Made by a program: the position numbers and the translations under genes. Below the pieces are notes generated by a model. The model was not told the DNA's origin. It searched no databases and worked only from the letters and a program-made list of their open reading frames with translations. From Octopus vulgaris (lineage: Eukaryota): a DNA stretch of 64,000 nt. Shown piece after piece: positions 41,879-56,345 of the stretch (positions are counted from its first letter, which is position 1; each line of letters begins with the position of its first letter). The stretch spans positions 42,284,001-42,348,000 of the forward strand of contig OX597828.1 of the NCBI GenBank assembly GCA_951406725.2, given 5' to 3'.

Positions 41879-42800
41879 AACAGATGAAAGGGGGCGCCTA
41901 AATGAGTAGAAGACTATGCATGGATATGTTAGTAGAAAGTTCAGAGATGATAGTAACATAGACCATCAAAGCAGTCTATCGTGGACCAATAGCCGGATTA
42001 CTACCTCCCACTTTGAAGGGTATACATTTGCAATCCAGGAACAGGAAATATCAACCAAGTACCTGATGCAAAAAAGGGATAGAGATGCTGGAAAAGCTGG
42101 AAAATGTGAAAACCGATGCACACTTTGTGGAGTTAACACCGAAGATATCACCCCCATCATAAGCAGTTGTCCAAAAATGTCATCATGTTATTATCTACCA
42201 ACGAGACATGATGCTGTAGCAAGGACACTATAATGAAATCCGTCGGAAGGATAAACCCGAGGACAAAGAAATAACAACACACAGTATAATAGAAGCCACA
42301 GCCACTCATAATAGAAAGGAGTACTGGTGGAATGTACCAGTGAAGACATCAATAAATTGTAAGCACAACAGACTTGATATCATGATTTGGGATAGAGAAG
42401 AGAAACTGTGCACAGTCGTGGAAATGAGCTGCTCAGCAGATGTTAACATAAAGCTGAAGATCAGTGAAAAAGAGAACACCTATGCTGAACTATTGAGAAA
42501 CCTGCAGTTATTCTATCCAGATTACAAGTTCAGATTTATACCTGCAATTATTGGATATGTAACACGGCCTTGGATATGTAACACACGGCCTAAACACTAA
42601 TCTTGAGAAATTAGGCTTCTCAAAACCAGAAAGGAGTAAGCTAATCTAAAGACTACAGATCCAATCCATCACTGGAACTAAAAGTTTGTGAAACTTTCCA
42701 AAAGTTTATCATTTAGATATATATGAGCGTGTCTAGACATGCAACTATATGCATGAGAATACATTCATAGAACAAAGCATACAAATCTGCACACATACAT

Positions 42801-43772
42801 ACATACACACATACAAAAATACCCTGTTGTTGATGTTGAAATTCCAATGAAGGAGCCTTGGATCTAGGCTACGAGGGGCGTTCAATAAGTAATGCCCCTG
42901 GCCCACTTACATACACACATACAAAAATACCCTGTTGTTGATGTTGAAATTCCAATGAAGGAGCCTTGGATCTAGGCTACGAGGGGCGTTCAATAAGTAA
43001 TGCCCCTGGCCCACTTACATACACACATACAAAAATACCCTGTTGTTGATGTTGAAATTCCAATGAAGGAGCCTTGGATCTAGGCTACGAGGGGCGTTCA
43101 ATAAGTAATGCCCCTGACCCACTTACATACACACATACAAAAATACCCTGTTGTTGATGTTGAAATTCCAATGAAGGAGCCTTGGATCTAGGCTACGAGG
43201 GGCGTTCAATAAGTAATGCCCCTGACCCACTTACATACACACATACAAAAATACCCTGTTGTTGATGTTGAAATTCCAATGAAGGAGCCTTGGATCTAGG
43301 CTACGAGGGGCGTTCAATAAGTAATGCCCCTGACCCACTTACATACACACATACAAAAATACCCTGTTGTTGATGTTGAAATTCCAATGAAGGAGCCTTG
43401 GATCTAGGCTACGAGGGGCGTTCAATAAGTAATGCCCCTGACCCACTTACATACACACATACAAAAATACCCTGTTGTTGATGTTGAAATTCCAATGAAG
43501 GAGCCTTGGATCTAGGCTACGAGGGGCGTTCAATAAGTAATGCCCCTGACCCACTTACATACACACATACAAAAATACCCTGTTGTTGATGTTGAAATTC
43601 CAATGAAGGAGCCTTGGATCTAGGCTACGAGGGGCGTTCAATAAGTAATACCCCTGACCCACTTACATACACACATACAAAAATACCCTGTTGTTGATGT
43701 TGAAATTCCAATGAAGGAGCCTTGGATCTAGGCTACGAGGGGCGTTCAATAAGTAATGCCCCTGGCCCACTT
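42801..43772. repeat. Tandem array, 9 x 108 bp (LINE 3' UTR plus mariner TIR junction)
   Basis: Units start at 42801, 42909 ... 43665; nearly identical. Confidence 0.95.
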
Positions 43773-44072
43773 CCCATAGCAGTAGAGCAACGAAACTTGT
43801 CAGAGTTATTAGTCTTTTTCTACATAGGAACAACCAAGAGTTATGCATTTCTCCCATCGTCAAATACAAAAACCGGATCACTGCTCGACACTCAACAGGC
43901 TCCATTTCACACTTGACTCAGTTCAAACACCTGTAAATCAGAAACCACAATTAGTTCAGAGCTGTGATTAGCCACTTAATCTATAGAGATATAAATGATT
44001 GCACATGCAAAATTTCAGCTAGATCAAACAACTGCAAGTGGGTCAGGGGCATTACTTATTGAACGTCCCTCG
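43736..44072 (-). mobile_element. Mariner-derived MITE (337 bp, 37-bp TIRs, TA target duplication)
   Basis: TA|CGAGGGGCGTTCAATAAGTAATGCCCCTG..CCCACTT / AAGTGGGTCAGGGGCATTACTTATTGAACGTCCCTCG|TA; internal MEPVECRAVIRFLYL mariner N-terminus. Confidence 0.9.
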
Positions 44073-44726
44073 TAGAAACCGGCTCTTACTCTGTTAGCAA
44101 GAAATCTAATAATAAAGCTGAACAATGACATACATGCATGATGGCTGCAAGCTCACGTTCGAGTACTGCCATCGCCTGGTCGAGAGCCCCATACATGCGA
44201 CGCTACGACCAGCCGATTTTGGTCTTACTTTATTTTTATCAAGCGATGCCTGTGCATGATGATCTTTTTATAGTGGGGAAAGGATTTGCACAAATCCAAT
44301 CCCGTTCTCTGAACAAGGACAACTTAATCTCGAAAGGAAAAACTTAGTCTACATCATCGAATATTGTCAGTGTCGTAGGGTATCTCTGAGTTTCCCTCTC
44401 CCAGAGAAATTCTGTGACAACAACAGAGGGGCCTCCTCCTCCCAGTAGACCAACCGCGCGCCTAGACACCAATCCAGGTATTTCCACGATTCCGCGCGTA
44501 CATACATGCATACAGACTCATGTACACATATTGTTGGATGGCCGTTGACTGCTCATGAGCTCCTCTGCCTTTTGACAGGTCTTATTTTTCGTCCTGCAGG
44601 GTGCCCAACAATTACCCTCCTCACCCAGCAAGCTTGATGTGGTTGCCAGTTTAGCCACCAACGACCCAATCAGGCAACGGGATATACTTGGTTACATGCT
44701 ACCAGTAGCGCCCAAGAGCGACCTGA

Positions 44727-44889
44727 CATACATACATACTTACATACATGCATGCATACATGCATATATACATGCATACATACATACATACATACATACA
44801 TACATACTTACTTACATACATACATACATGCATACATGCATACATACATACATACATACATGCATACATAATACATACATGCATGCATG

Positions 44890-44921
<32 letters not shown>

Positions 44922-45190
44922 CATAAATACATACATACACACATACATACATACATACATACGCGCATACATACATACATACACACATACATACATACAT
45001 ACATACATGCCTACATACATACATACATACATACATACATGCACACATGCATACATACATACATGCATACATACATACATACATACATGCCTACATACAT
45101 ACATACATGCATACATACATGCATGCATACATACATACATACATACATGCATACATACATGCATGCATACATACATACATACATACATAT
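44727..45190. repeat. (TACA/TGCA)n microsatellite
   Basis: Direct. Confidence 0.95.
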
Positions 45191-45282
45191 ATGCACGCAT
45201 GCACATTCACATATGCTTATAGATACACGTAGATACATACATGTCTACGCACACATAGACACACATATATATGTAGGAATAT

Positions 45283-45610
45283 GCTGGCACTCCGGCGGTT
45301 ATGTCAACGGACGTTCCAGATGATCCGTTCAACGGAACAACCTGTTCATGAAATTAACGTGCAAGTGGCTGAGTACTCCACAGGCAAGTGTACCCTTAAT
45401 GCAGTTCTAAGGGAGATTCAGCATGACATAGACTGTGACAAGGCTGGCCCTTTGAATTACGGGTACAACTCATTTTCGCCAGCTGAGTGAACTGGAGCAA
45501 TGTGAAATAAAGTGTCTTGCTCAAGGATATAACGTGCCACCGGTAATTGAACTCATGACCTTACGATCGTGAATCGAATATCCTTAATCACTAAGCCATG
45601 CGCCTTCACA
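45283..45610 (-). mobile_element. tRNA-SINE with family D-type head and family C-type tail
   Basis: GTGTCTTGCTCAAG domain plus GAAATTAACGTGCAAGTGGCTGAG tail. Confidence 0.75.
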
Positions 45611-45655
45611 TAAAGATACACACACACACATACATACATATCAATGTGTGTGTAA

Positions 45656-45694
<39 letters not shown>

Positions 45695-45704
45695 CAAGTA
45701 TATA

Positions 45705-45924
45705 CTCTTACTCTTTGTTTCAGTCATTTGACTGCGGCCATGCTGGGGCACCGCCTTTTTAGTCGAGCAAATCGACCCCCAGGACTTATTCTTTGTAAGC
45801 CTAGTACTTATTCTATCGGTCTCTTTTGCCGAACTGCTAAGTTACGGGGACGTAAACACACCAGTATCGGTTGTCAAACGATGTTGGGAGGACAAACACA
45901 GACACACAAACACATACACACATA

Positions 45925-46018
<94 letters not shown>

Positions 46019-46175
46019 CATATATACGACGGGCTTCTTTCAGTTTCCGTTTACCAAATCCACTCACAAATCTTTGGTCGGCCCGAGGCTATAGTAGAAG
46101 ACACTTGCTTAAGGGTCTGAACCCGGAACCATGTGGTTGGTAATCAAGCTACTTACCACACAGCCACTCCTGCGC
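45705..46175 (-). mobile_element. SINE family A
   Basis: Full copy. Confidence 0.9.
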
Positions 46176-46199
46176 CCAAGTCTTTTATTTTTTATATTT

Positions 46200-46585
46200 C
46201 ATCTTTTACATGTCTCAGTCATTAGACTGCGGCCTTGCTGAGGCACCGCCTTGAAGAACTTTTAGTCGAATATATCAACTCCAGGAGTTTTTTTAAGACT
46301 GGAATTTAGTCCATTAATTCCTTTTGCCGAACGGTTAAGCTATGTGGACGGAAACACACTAGCACCGGTTGTCAAACGGTGATGGGGAAACAAACATACA
46401 CACAAGCACACACACGCAAATATATATGTATATATACGAAAGGCTTCTTTCAGTTTCCGTCTACCAAATCCACTCACAAGGCACTGGTCAGCTCGAGGCT
46501 ATAGAAAAAGATTCCTGCCCAAGGTGCCATGCAGTGGGTCTTAACCCAGAACCAAATAGTTGTGAAACAAGCTTCTTACCACACA
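46200..46585 (-). mobile_element. SINE family A, older copy
   Basis: Diverged match. Confidence 0.8.
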
Positions 46586-46655
46586 TACACCGTAAAACCC
46601 CGAGTACCGCACATCATCTTTTACCATGGTTTATCTACAACTATATTACTCAAAA

Positions 46656-46887
46656 TGGCGGCGAGCTGGCAGAAACGTTAGCACGCCGGGAGAAATGCGT
46701 AGCCGTATTTCGTCTGGCGTTACGTTCTGGGTTCAAATTTCGTCGAGGTCGACATTGCCTTTCATCCTTTCGGGGTCGATAAATTAAGTAACAGTTGTGC
46801 ACTGGAGTCGATATAATCGACTTAATCCGTTTACCTGTCCTTGTTCGTCCCCTCTGTGTTTAGCCCCTTGTGGGTAGTAAAGAAATA
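46656..46887 (+). mobile_element. SINE family B
   Basis: Full monomer; ATATTACTCAA repeated on both flanks (possible target duplication). Confidence 0.88.
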
Positions 46888-47487
46888 TATATTACTCAAT
46901 AGCTATTACATTTCGATATGAGGCAAAATTAAATCGCTGCTTTTAGCATGGCTGAAGCATGATTTGGTTGTTACTTCTAGCATGATGAGTGCCCTCATAG
47001 AGGTAGGTTTATACCATTGTTTAGCCTTCAAGTTTATGTTCGCGCTCTTAGTAAGCAAATAGCAACGCTGTGTAATTCGATATCTTACTGTTCGAACCAT
47101 CCCCGTGAATTATCTGTAATTAAAAATAATAAATTGACTATGTACGCCTAAATGAACGATATTTATTATTACATCAACTCAAGAGAAATCAATATGTATT
47201 GATAAGTATACATGTTGGCCAAATATCGATATATACATACACCAGTAGATACATTATTTTATGCAGGCTGCGTAGGTATAGAAGTGTGAAACCAGCCTAT
47301 TATTAAAGGACCGGAGAATCGTTGAGTTTATAGAGAAGCAATAAATATTTAGGTCAAATTTGACATTCGTATTAAAGAAAGGAAAAAACGACAGGGTAAC
47401 ATTAGGCTTTGGAAAGTTAGATAATTAATATTAAGTAATTACATACTGACTCTCTCCCTCTCTACTTTTTCTCTCACATTCTCTCCT

Positions 47488-47598
<111 letters not shown>

Positions 47599-47998
47599 AC
47601 ATGCACGCAAGCCCGCCCACACTCGTAAGTCGAAGAAACAAAGATAACAAAATCAACATGGCGGAATAAGTATGTAATGGAAGTAGCTTGATGCTTAGAG
47701 AAATGGAAAGAGTTACTGTTAATTGTTACGACGTTTCGGAAATCGTCTTTCTTCTGAGCAGGGTACCAGGTGAAAAGAGGGAATGAACAACGAACAAAAC
47801 CCAGGAAATTAACACGAGCAATCCACGCAAAAATTCCCACGTGACGGTTCGATATATGGTCAGTGTGTATGTTATGTGTGTGTTTGTGTGCGGAGGGGGT
47901 TGTGTGTATGACGTGTGTGCATATAAATGAATATATACATATATGCATGTGTGTGAACGTGTGTGTGGTTAAAACAGTAAGAAATGCTTGAAAATGCA

Positions 47999-48030
<32 letters not shown>

Positions 48031-48031
<1 letters not shown>

Positions 48032-48207
48032 CAGGTGTGGCGCTGTAGAAAGAAGCTTACTTCCAAATCAGGGTTCAGTGCGACTGCGTGGTACCTTGGC
48101 ATCGGGTCGACCAAGGCCTTGTGGATGGATTTGGTAGGCAGAAACTGCAGGATAGCTCGTCGTATATATATATATATATATATATGTATAACCAAATCCG
48201 CTCACAT

Positions 48208-48256
<49 letters not shown>

Positions 48257-48470
48257 TATTTCTATGTCTTTGTTTGTCCATCGCTTGACAACTGACGCTG
48301 GTGTGTTTACATCCCAGTAAGTTAGCGGTTCGGGGAAAGCGCCCGATAGAATGAGTACTAGGTTTACAAAGAATGAGACCTGGGGTCGATTTGTTCGACT
48401 AAAGGTGGTGCTCCACCATGGTCACAGTTAAATGACTGACACAAGTAAAAGTAAAGAAAGAATAAAAGAA
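48031..48470 (+). mobile_element. SINE family A
   Basis: Diverged full copy. Confidence 0.82.
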
Positions 48471-48476
48471 TAAGTA

Positions 48477-48601
<125 letters not shown>

Positions 48602-48703
48602 ACTTACATATATACATATATACATATACATACATACATGCACACATACATATACACACATATTTATGTGTGTGTGCGTGTATATAGATGTATGTATACA
48701 CAT

Positions 48704-48740
<37 letters not shown>

Positions 48741-48885
48741 ATGTATACATACATATATATATATATATAAATATTTATATGCATACATGTATCCATATAC
48801 ACACACGTGTGTGTGCGTGTATATATGTATATGTATATATGTATATGTGTATATATATATACATGTATATGTATATATGTATATG

Positions 48886-48916
<31 letters not shown>

Positions 48917-48924
48917 GTATATAA

Positions 48925-48970
<46 letters not shown>

Positions 48971-48971
48971 A

Positions 48972-49505
48972 CAGGCATGGCTGTGTGGTAAGAAGCTTGC
49001 TTCCTCACCACATTTTTTTATTTCTTTACTACCCACAAGGGGCTAAACACAGAGAGAACAAACAAGGACAGACAAACGGATTAAGTCGATTATATCGACC
49101 CCAGTGCGTAACTGGTATTTATTTAATCAACCCCGAAAGGATGAAAGGCAAAGTCGACCTCGGCGGAATTTGAACTCAGAACGTAGCAACAAACGAAATA
49201 CCGCTAAGCATTTCGCCCGGCGTGCTAACGATTCTGCCAGCTCGTCGCCTTCTGCCAGCTCGCTTCCTCACTACATTGTTCCAGGTTCAGTCCCTGTTTG
49301 TCCTCCCTCCCCCACCGTCGCTTGACAATAGATACAGGTATATTTATGTCCCGGTAACTTTGCGATTCGGCAAAAGTGACTGATAGAATGAGTACTAGTC
49401 TTACAAAGAATAAGTGCTGGGGTCGATTTCTTCGACCAAAATATCTTAAAACGGTGCTGCAGCATGACAGCTGTCACATGACTGAAACATGTAGAAGAAT
49501 AAAAA
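48972..49505 (+). mobile_element. SINE family A with nested minus-strand SINE B (49018-49261)
   Basis: 16-bp duplication GCTTCCTCAC(C/T)ACATT at 48999-49014 and 49262-49277. Confidence 0.82.
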
Positions 49506-49518
49506 AATAAATGAATTC

Positions 49519-49572
<54 letters not shown>

Positions 49573-49590
49573 GCATTCATATATATATAT

Positions 49591-49635
<45 letters not shown>

Positions 49636-49681
49636 AAATATATATGTATATGTATATATATATATACATGTATATATATGT

Positions 49682-49714
<33 letters not shown>

Positions 49715-49901
49715 TATATGTATATGTATATATATATGTATATATATATGTATATGCCCCAGCATGGCCGCGGGCTTCGGGCTAAAACATTTTTAAGGAT
49801 TTAAGGATTTATATATATATATGTATATATATATATGTATATATATATGTATATGTATATATATATATGTATATATATATATGTATATATATATGTATAT
49901 G

Positions 49902-49966
<65 letters not shown>

Positions 49967-50739
49967 GTATGTATATATATATATGTATATATATATATGT
50001 ATATATATATGTATATATATATGCATATATATATGTATATATATATATATGTATATGTGTATATATATATGTGTGTATATATATATATGTATATATATAT
50101 GTATATATATATATGGATATATATGTATATATATATATATATATATATGTGTATATATATATATATATTTGTGTGTGTGTGTGTAGGTGTTTGACCTATA
50201 TAGTAGATTTATAAACAACGCTAATTAACTGGATTCCTTTCAGTGGGTCTCTTCGTGAATTTGACCAATCCAAGAAGAGCAAGCTGCCAATCTGCTTACA
50301 TATTCATCTGCTTAATATATTCCAGTTATTACTGGAAACTAATTTGCATACCGTAAGTATTGCATATATACATGTGTGTGTGTATGTGCGTGTGTGTTTC
50401 TAAGTATGTATATTTATGAACACACATATGCAATGTAATTATATGATATAATATTATATGATATATGTATATATATACACACAGACTCAGCATTTATTAT
50501 TAATATATGCAAAATATAATGACGTCATTGAAATTTAAAGTGTTTCTACACCCACAGAAACAAACACACGCGCCATACATACATACATACATACATACAT
50601 ACACATATACACCCACCAACGCTATGTTCCACCTGTCATGGTTGCGTCAAAGAATGTCATAATATACAGCATATAAAAGATTTCGTTAATAATACGAAAC
50701 GAGGTTATCTGTTCACATTTTTTGTCTGCAGTGTTTAAT

Positions 50740-50956
50740 ATATTTCTTAGATGGGACATAGGGGGAGGGGACAAACAAGGACAAAGTATTAAGTCGATTA
50801 TATCGACCCCAGTGCGTAACTGGTACTTAATTTATCGACCTCGAAAGGATGAAAGGCAAAGTCGACCTCGGCGGAATTTGAACTCGGAACGTTACGGCAG
50901 ACGAGAAACGACTACGCATTTCGCCCGGCGTGCTAACGTTTCTGCCAGCTCGCCTA
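50740..50956 (-). mobile_element. SINE family B
   Basis: Body and head match. Confidence 0.85.
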
Positions 50957-51123
50957 ATAACCAATTCATTACCGCTGGTCCCGGTCTTTCCTACTGTGTT
51001 CTTTATGTTATTGCCTCTCTCTCTCTCCTTCAAGCCTCACAGAATACGGTTCGAGAGACATACACGTACGAATTTATGCATGTGAGTACGTACACAAACA
51101 TATACATATACATATATATATAT

Positions 51124-51563
51124 AAACTTAGACTTAGATATGTTTCGACCAAAGATTGGTCCAGGCCATGTCTAACTTAATAGCACCACCTGATGGGATT
51201 ATTCGAATCCTGTTTAAGTCAAGTTTTGTTTAAGTCAAGTTTTGTTCAAGTCAAGTTTTGTTCAAGTAGTGAGTTCTTGTTGGGTGAGTTGTATCAAGTT
51301 TTGTTCAAGTAGTGAGTTCTTGTTGGGTGAGTTGTATCCAGTTTTGTTCAAGTAGTGAGTTCTTGTTGGGTGAGTTGTATCTAATTATGGGTGGCTTATC
51401 TGGTATTCTTTGAAGGAATCTATCCAGACTCCGTTTAAAGTTGATAGGATACGTTTCCTCTTTGATCTCCCTCGGGACAATGTTAAATAGGGCAGGGCCT
51501 GTTGAGGAAAAGAAATTATGTTGCAGTGTACATGTATGTTGTGATCTTGAATTGGGCAGGGGA
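51124..51563 (-). mobile_element. CR1/L2-group LINE 3' end
   Basis: [35 protein letters not shown]; 3' UTR GGTGGTGC..CATGGCC-hairpin-GAAAC-(TCTAAG)n. Confidence 0.8.
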
Positions 51564-51564
51564 C

Positions 51565-51634
<70 letters not shown>

Positions 51635-51665
51635 GTATATATATATGTATATGTATATATATATA

Positions 51666-51724
<59 letters not shown>

Positions 51725-51730
51725 GTACTG

Positions 51731-51990
51731 TTGTGTCTGGGGAGAGTCATTCTCTTTTAGTGCCTTATTATTTAGTCTTGACTCTCAAGAGAGTCTAGAC
51801 TATTGAAAAGGCTGCAAGACGCAACTAAAATTTTAGAAAATAAAAATAAGAAATAAGTGGAAATTTTACCGGTGAGTGTGTTAACTAATAAGGCACTAAA
51901 AGAGAATGACTCTTCCCAGACACAAGAAAATATGCTTCAACACACGAACTCATATAAAGAATCTTGCAAACCAAATCCAAAAACGAAATA
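51731..51990. mobile_element. TA-flanked fold-back insert (40-bp arms 51731-51770/51886-51925)
   Basis: Tail AAGAATCTTGCAAA shared with the family P3 tail at 59095-59135. Confidence 0.6.
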
Positions 51991-52009
51991 TATATATATA
52001 TATATATAT

Positions 52010-52439
<430 letters not shown>

Positions 52440-53589
52440 AAATCCGCTCTAGTATTTAGTTGACATTCCCTTTGCAGTTTCTAATTCAGAAGCTCTTTTT
52501 GGCATTGAACTGATGAGCTTTGTGATCGTCTCTTGTGGAATTTCTGCCCACTTTTCATGCAACAATCGAAACAATTCATCTTTAGATTTAGGTTTCTGTC
52601 GAGTTTTTCGTATAGCTCTATCTAGTATGCTCCAAATATTTTCAACTGGGTTCATGTCAGGAGATTGGCTCGCCCAAGGAAGCTTTTTGAACCCATTTTC
52701 AGTCAGCCATCGTTGATTTCTTTTTACTGTGTCATGGAGCACCATCTATGAATAAAACTCATTTTTCGTTATATTATCGTGTGAATACATCGGAAGTAGT
52801 CCTTGCTTAAATATTTCAATGTATTTTTCAGAGTTTATGGTTCCAACACATTCGATCAGCTCAGAACGACCATTGGTTGGTGACAGCTCCCCATACCATT
52901 TCAGGGATACCGCCATGTTTCACAGTTGGTTGGAGTCGTTTCAAATCAAATTCTTGATTGGGAAGCCTCCAGACCCAATCACATCCACTCTCTGAAAATA
53001 ATGCACATCTAGATTCATCTGAGAAAATCACTCTATCCCAAAATGAACTGGATTTTTCTGACCTCTCCTTAGCCCATTTCTTTTTTTTCCTGATATTAAT
53101 TGGTTGAGGAGAGGTTTTCTTCTAGCTGCTCGTCCGTAATACCCAAGCTTATGCAGATATGTAACACACTTTCTTGGGCTAACTTCTAGCTGTTTTGCAA
53201 TGTCAGAAGCCTTCGAACGGGATACGTTTTCCACAATTCTCTTCAAACAGCGAAGCTTCCTTTCCGAGGGCCCAGGTCGGTCGGGACGAGAATCTGTTGT
53301 TTCTTTTCCATAGCTTTTGAATTGCACTATAATTCTATTAACAGTAGCAAGAGGAATTTGAAGATCTTCGGTAATTTTTCGCTGGCTAAGACCAGCCTCA
53401 CATTGCCCAACAATACGACCTCTGAAAATATGACAGTTCTGCTGAATTTTTTGTTACTATTTAATATAAATGCACCTGGAATGAAAAAGAATAATTACAT
53501 TGTAACTTCTACACTGCTGAAAATATATTAAGACGCTGGGATCAGAAATTTTGAAAATTAAAGGTGTCTATTTACTTCCTGCATATCTG
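52440..53589 (-). mobile_element. Tc1-family transposon, decayed, one TIR lost
   Basis: [45 protein letters not shown]; end TA|CAGATATGCAGGAAGT. Confidence 0.9.
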
Positions 53590-53625
53590 TATATATATAT
53601 ATATATATACATTCATACATACGTA

Positions 53626-53805
<180 letters not shown>

Positions 53806-53999
53806 GGGAGAAAAACAATGATTTTTAAATCTCTGAACGGAAAATAAGTAGTAACAGTACTGGAGAGTAAAGTCTATTTTCAGAGTAAAGTGGCAGTCTT
53901 GATTAGGATGGTGTTACTACCTTTTTCAGCCCCAGGAACACATCTTTTCTATCTCGCTATCGATGCACAACTGCGTCCCCATACCTCGAACAAGGGACC

Positions 54000-54452
54000 T
54001 ACATACATACATACATACATACATACATACATACATACATACATACATACATACATACATACATACATACATACATACATACATACATAAATGCATACAT
54101 ACATACATACATACATACATACATACATAATACATACATACATACATACATACATACATACATAATACATACATTCATACATACATACATACATACATAC
54201 ATACATTCATACATACATACATTCATACATACATACATACATACATACATTCATACATACATACATTCATACATACATACATACATACATTCATACATAC
54301 ATACATACATACATACATACATACATACATACATACATACATACATACATACATACATACATACATACATACATACATACATACATACATACATACATAC
54401 ATACATACATCACACATACATACATACATACATACATACATACATACATACA

Positions 54453-54481
<29 letters not shown>
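54000..54481. repeat. (TACA)n microsatellite
   Basis: Direct. Confidence 0.97.
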
Positions 54482-54483
<2 letters not shown>

Positions 54484-54765
54484 CACGGTATCGAAAAGAC
54501 TAAAAGGTATACACCTCTGGTCACTATGCGCTTTGAATTGTTTTAGTTTTCTAATGATGCCACTCCGTTGCTTAGGCAGGCAGGCCAACATTTCCCCTTG
54601 CACGGAACGCCAGTCCGTCGCTGTTCACTTACAGTTTAGTGGAGTGGAGCAATAGGTAATGATGTGTTTTAATCAAGAGGACAAACACACTGCATGTGTA
54701 AGAATCGAAGTCACAATCTCGTGATCATGAATGCTACAGCTTAACCGGTAGTCCACGCAACTTCG
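54482..54765 (-). mobile_element. Old SINE family E
   Basis: Similar to 1240-1526. Confidence 0.55.
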
Positions 54766-55299
54766 CACAAGCGCGCAGACACACACATACACACACACAC
54801 ACACACTTGAGACTAAATGCATATTTTAATATTCAACTGATTCACTTCCCTGTCTTAACATAGTGTCGCACAGTTGAACAGATATTATGATATCCCACAC
54901 CGAGTCTGTTGATTGGACTATCGAGTTTATCCAATGCATGTTTGTAAAATGTGTAAATAAATCGCGCCCAAGCTCACCGAATCTTTCACCTATACTTCGA
55001 ACCGTTTGTTCTATATAAGTGTCAGTAAGATTTGCTCATGTTCTTTCTTCGCATCCAATATGGCACAACATATTTGTTACTTTGCAGTTCATGTGTGTGG
55101 TGGCGGTTTGAAGTATATATCGCAATTTTTTTAAGGGTGTTCCCGTCAAAAAAGGTAGGCATACAGCCAACGATCAATTTGATATACCTACTTATTTCTT
55201 TTCTAAAACTTTTATATTAAGATTAGTTCCGCTGAGGATTTTCTTAAACCTATTAACATATTCATCAGCCAGCGACTCGCCACCGTCTCTCCCACATTC

Positions 55300-56345
55300 A
55301 CCTTCATCACTAACATCACCATTTCCAGTATCATCAACACCATCAGCATCACCATCACTACCATCATCATCATCATCATCATCATCACTATTAGTACTGC
55401 CACCACCATCACCACCATCACCATCATCGCCATCACGATAGTCATCACCATCGCACCACCACTAACGCTGCCATCACCATAGTTGCCATAACCACCATCG
55501 CCACTACGCGACATCGTTAATACCGTCACTTTTACCGTCATCACCACAACCGTCACTACCATCATACCATCATACCACTGTCACCACCACCACCACCACC
55601 ACCACCACCACCACAACTACCACCACCAAAACCACCACTACAACAACAACAATCATAACGCACACCACCATAACGACCATCATCGCAAATACCATTATCG
55701 CTGCTGTCACCAGGTCTAACATTACAACCAGCTCCAGTTGAACCATCGTCACCAGCAACAACGCCGCCACCATAATCACCACCACCACCACTACCATCAT
55801 GATCATCACCACCATCACCACCGCTACCATAATCACCACCATCACCACAAGCACCATCAACATGACTACCACTGCCTGCAGCTGCGCCATCACCACCACC
55901 ACCACCACCACCACCACCACCACCATCACTTCCACTCTCACCACCCTCACTAATACTAACTACCACCATTTCCACAGTTATCTTGTTGTATGGTGTTGTG
56001 GGTTATATGGTGGTGGTGGTGGTGGTGGTGGTGGTAGTGATGGTGGTGGTGGTGATGACGGTGTTGCTGATGATGGTTGCAGTAGTACTGGTGATGGTAT
56101 TAGTGGTGTGGTGGTGATGCTGCTTGTAGTGCTGATAGTGATGTGGTGGTGGCGGTAATAGTGGTGATGGTGGTGGTTGTAGTGGCGGTGGTGGTAGTGG
56201 TGGTGATTGTGGCTGATGGTGAGGTGATGGCAGTGGTGGCGCAGTTGCAGCTGGTGGTGGTCATGTTGGTGCTGTTTGCGGTGGTTGTGGTGGTAGTGGT
56301 GGTGGTGCTAGAGGTGATGGTGGTCGTGGTAGTGGTGATGATATG
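55300..56345. repeat. (ACC/ATC)n block followed by inverted (GGT/GAT)n block
   Basis: Strand switch at about 55980. Confidence 0.85.

Larger units (their letters stand above)
41879..44130 (+). mobile_element. R4/Dong-like RLE LINE, 5'-truncated, 3' UTR interrupted by array and MITE
   Basis: MHGY..SLSW..EGYTFAIQEQEISTK..CTLCG..EDITPIISSC..RHDAV..HNRLDIMIW; UTR resumes after the MITE and ends AATAAAGCTGAACAATGA-CATACAT. Confidence 0.85.

Noticed and set aside
42801-43772. CRISPR-like regular array
   Set aside because: Units are identical along their full length (no unique spacers), there are no cas genes, the context is eukaryotic, and it is explained as a LINE-TIR junction repeat
51128-51178. 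Hairpin-GAAAC resembling a hammerhead
   Set aside because: No CUGANGA; it is the LINE 3' UTR stem-loop shared with the SINE A tail
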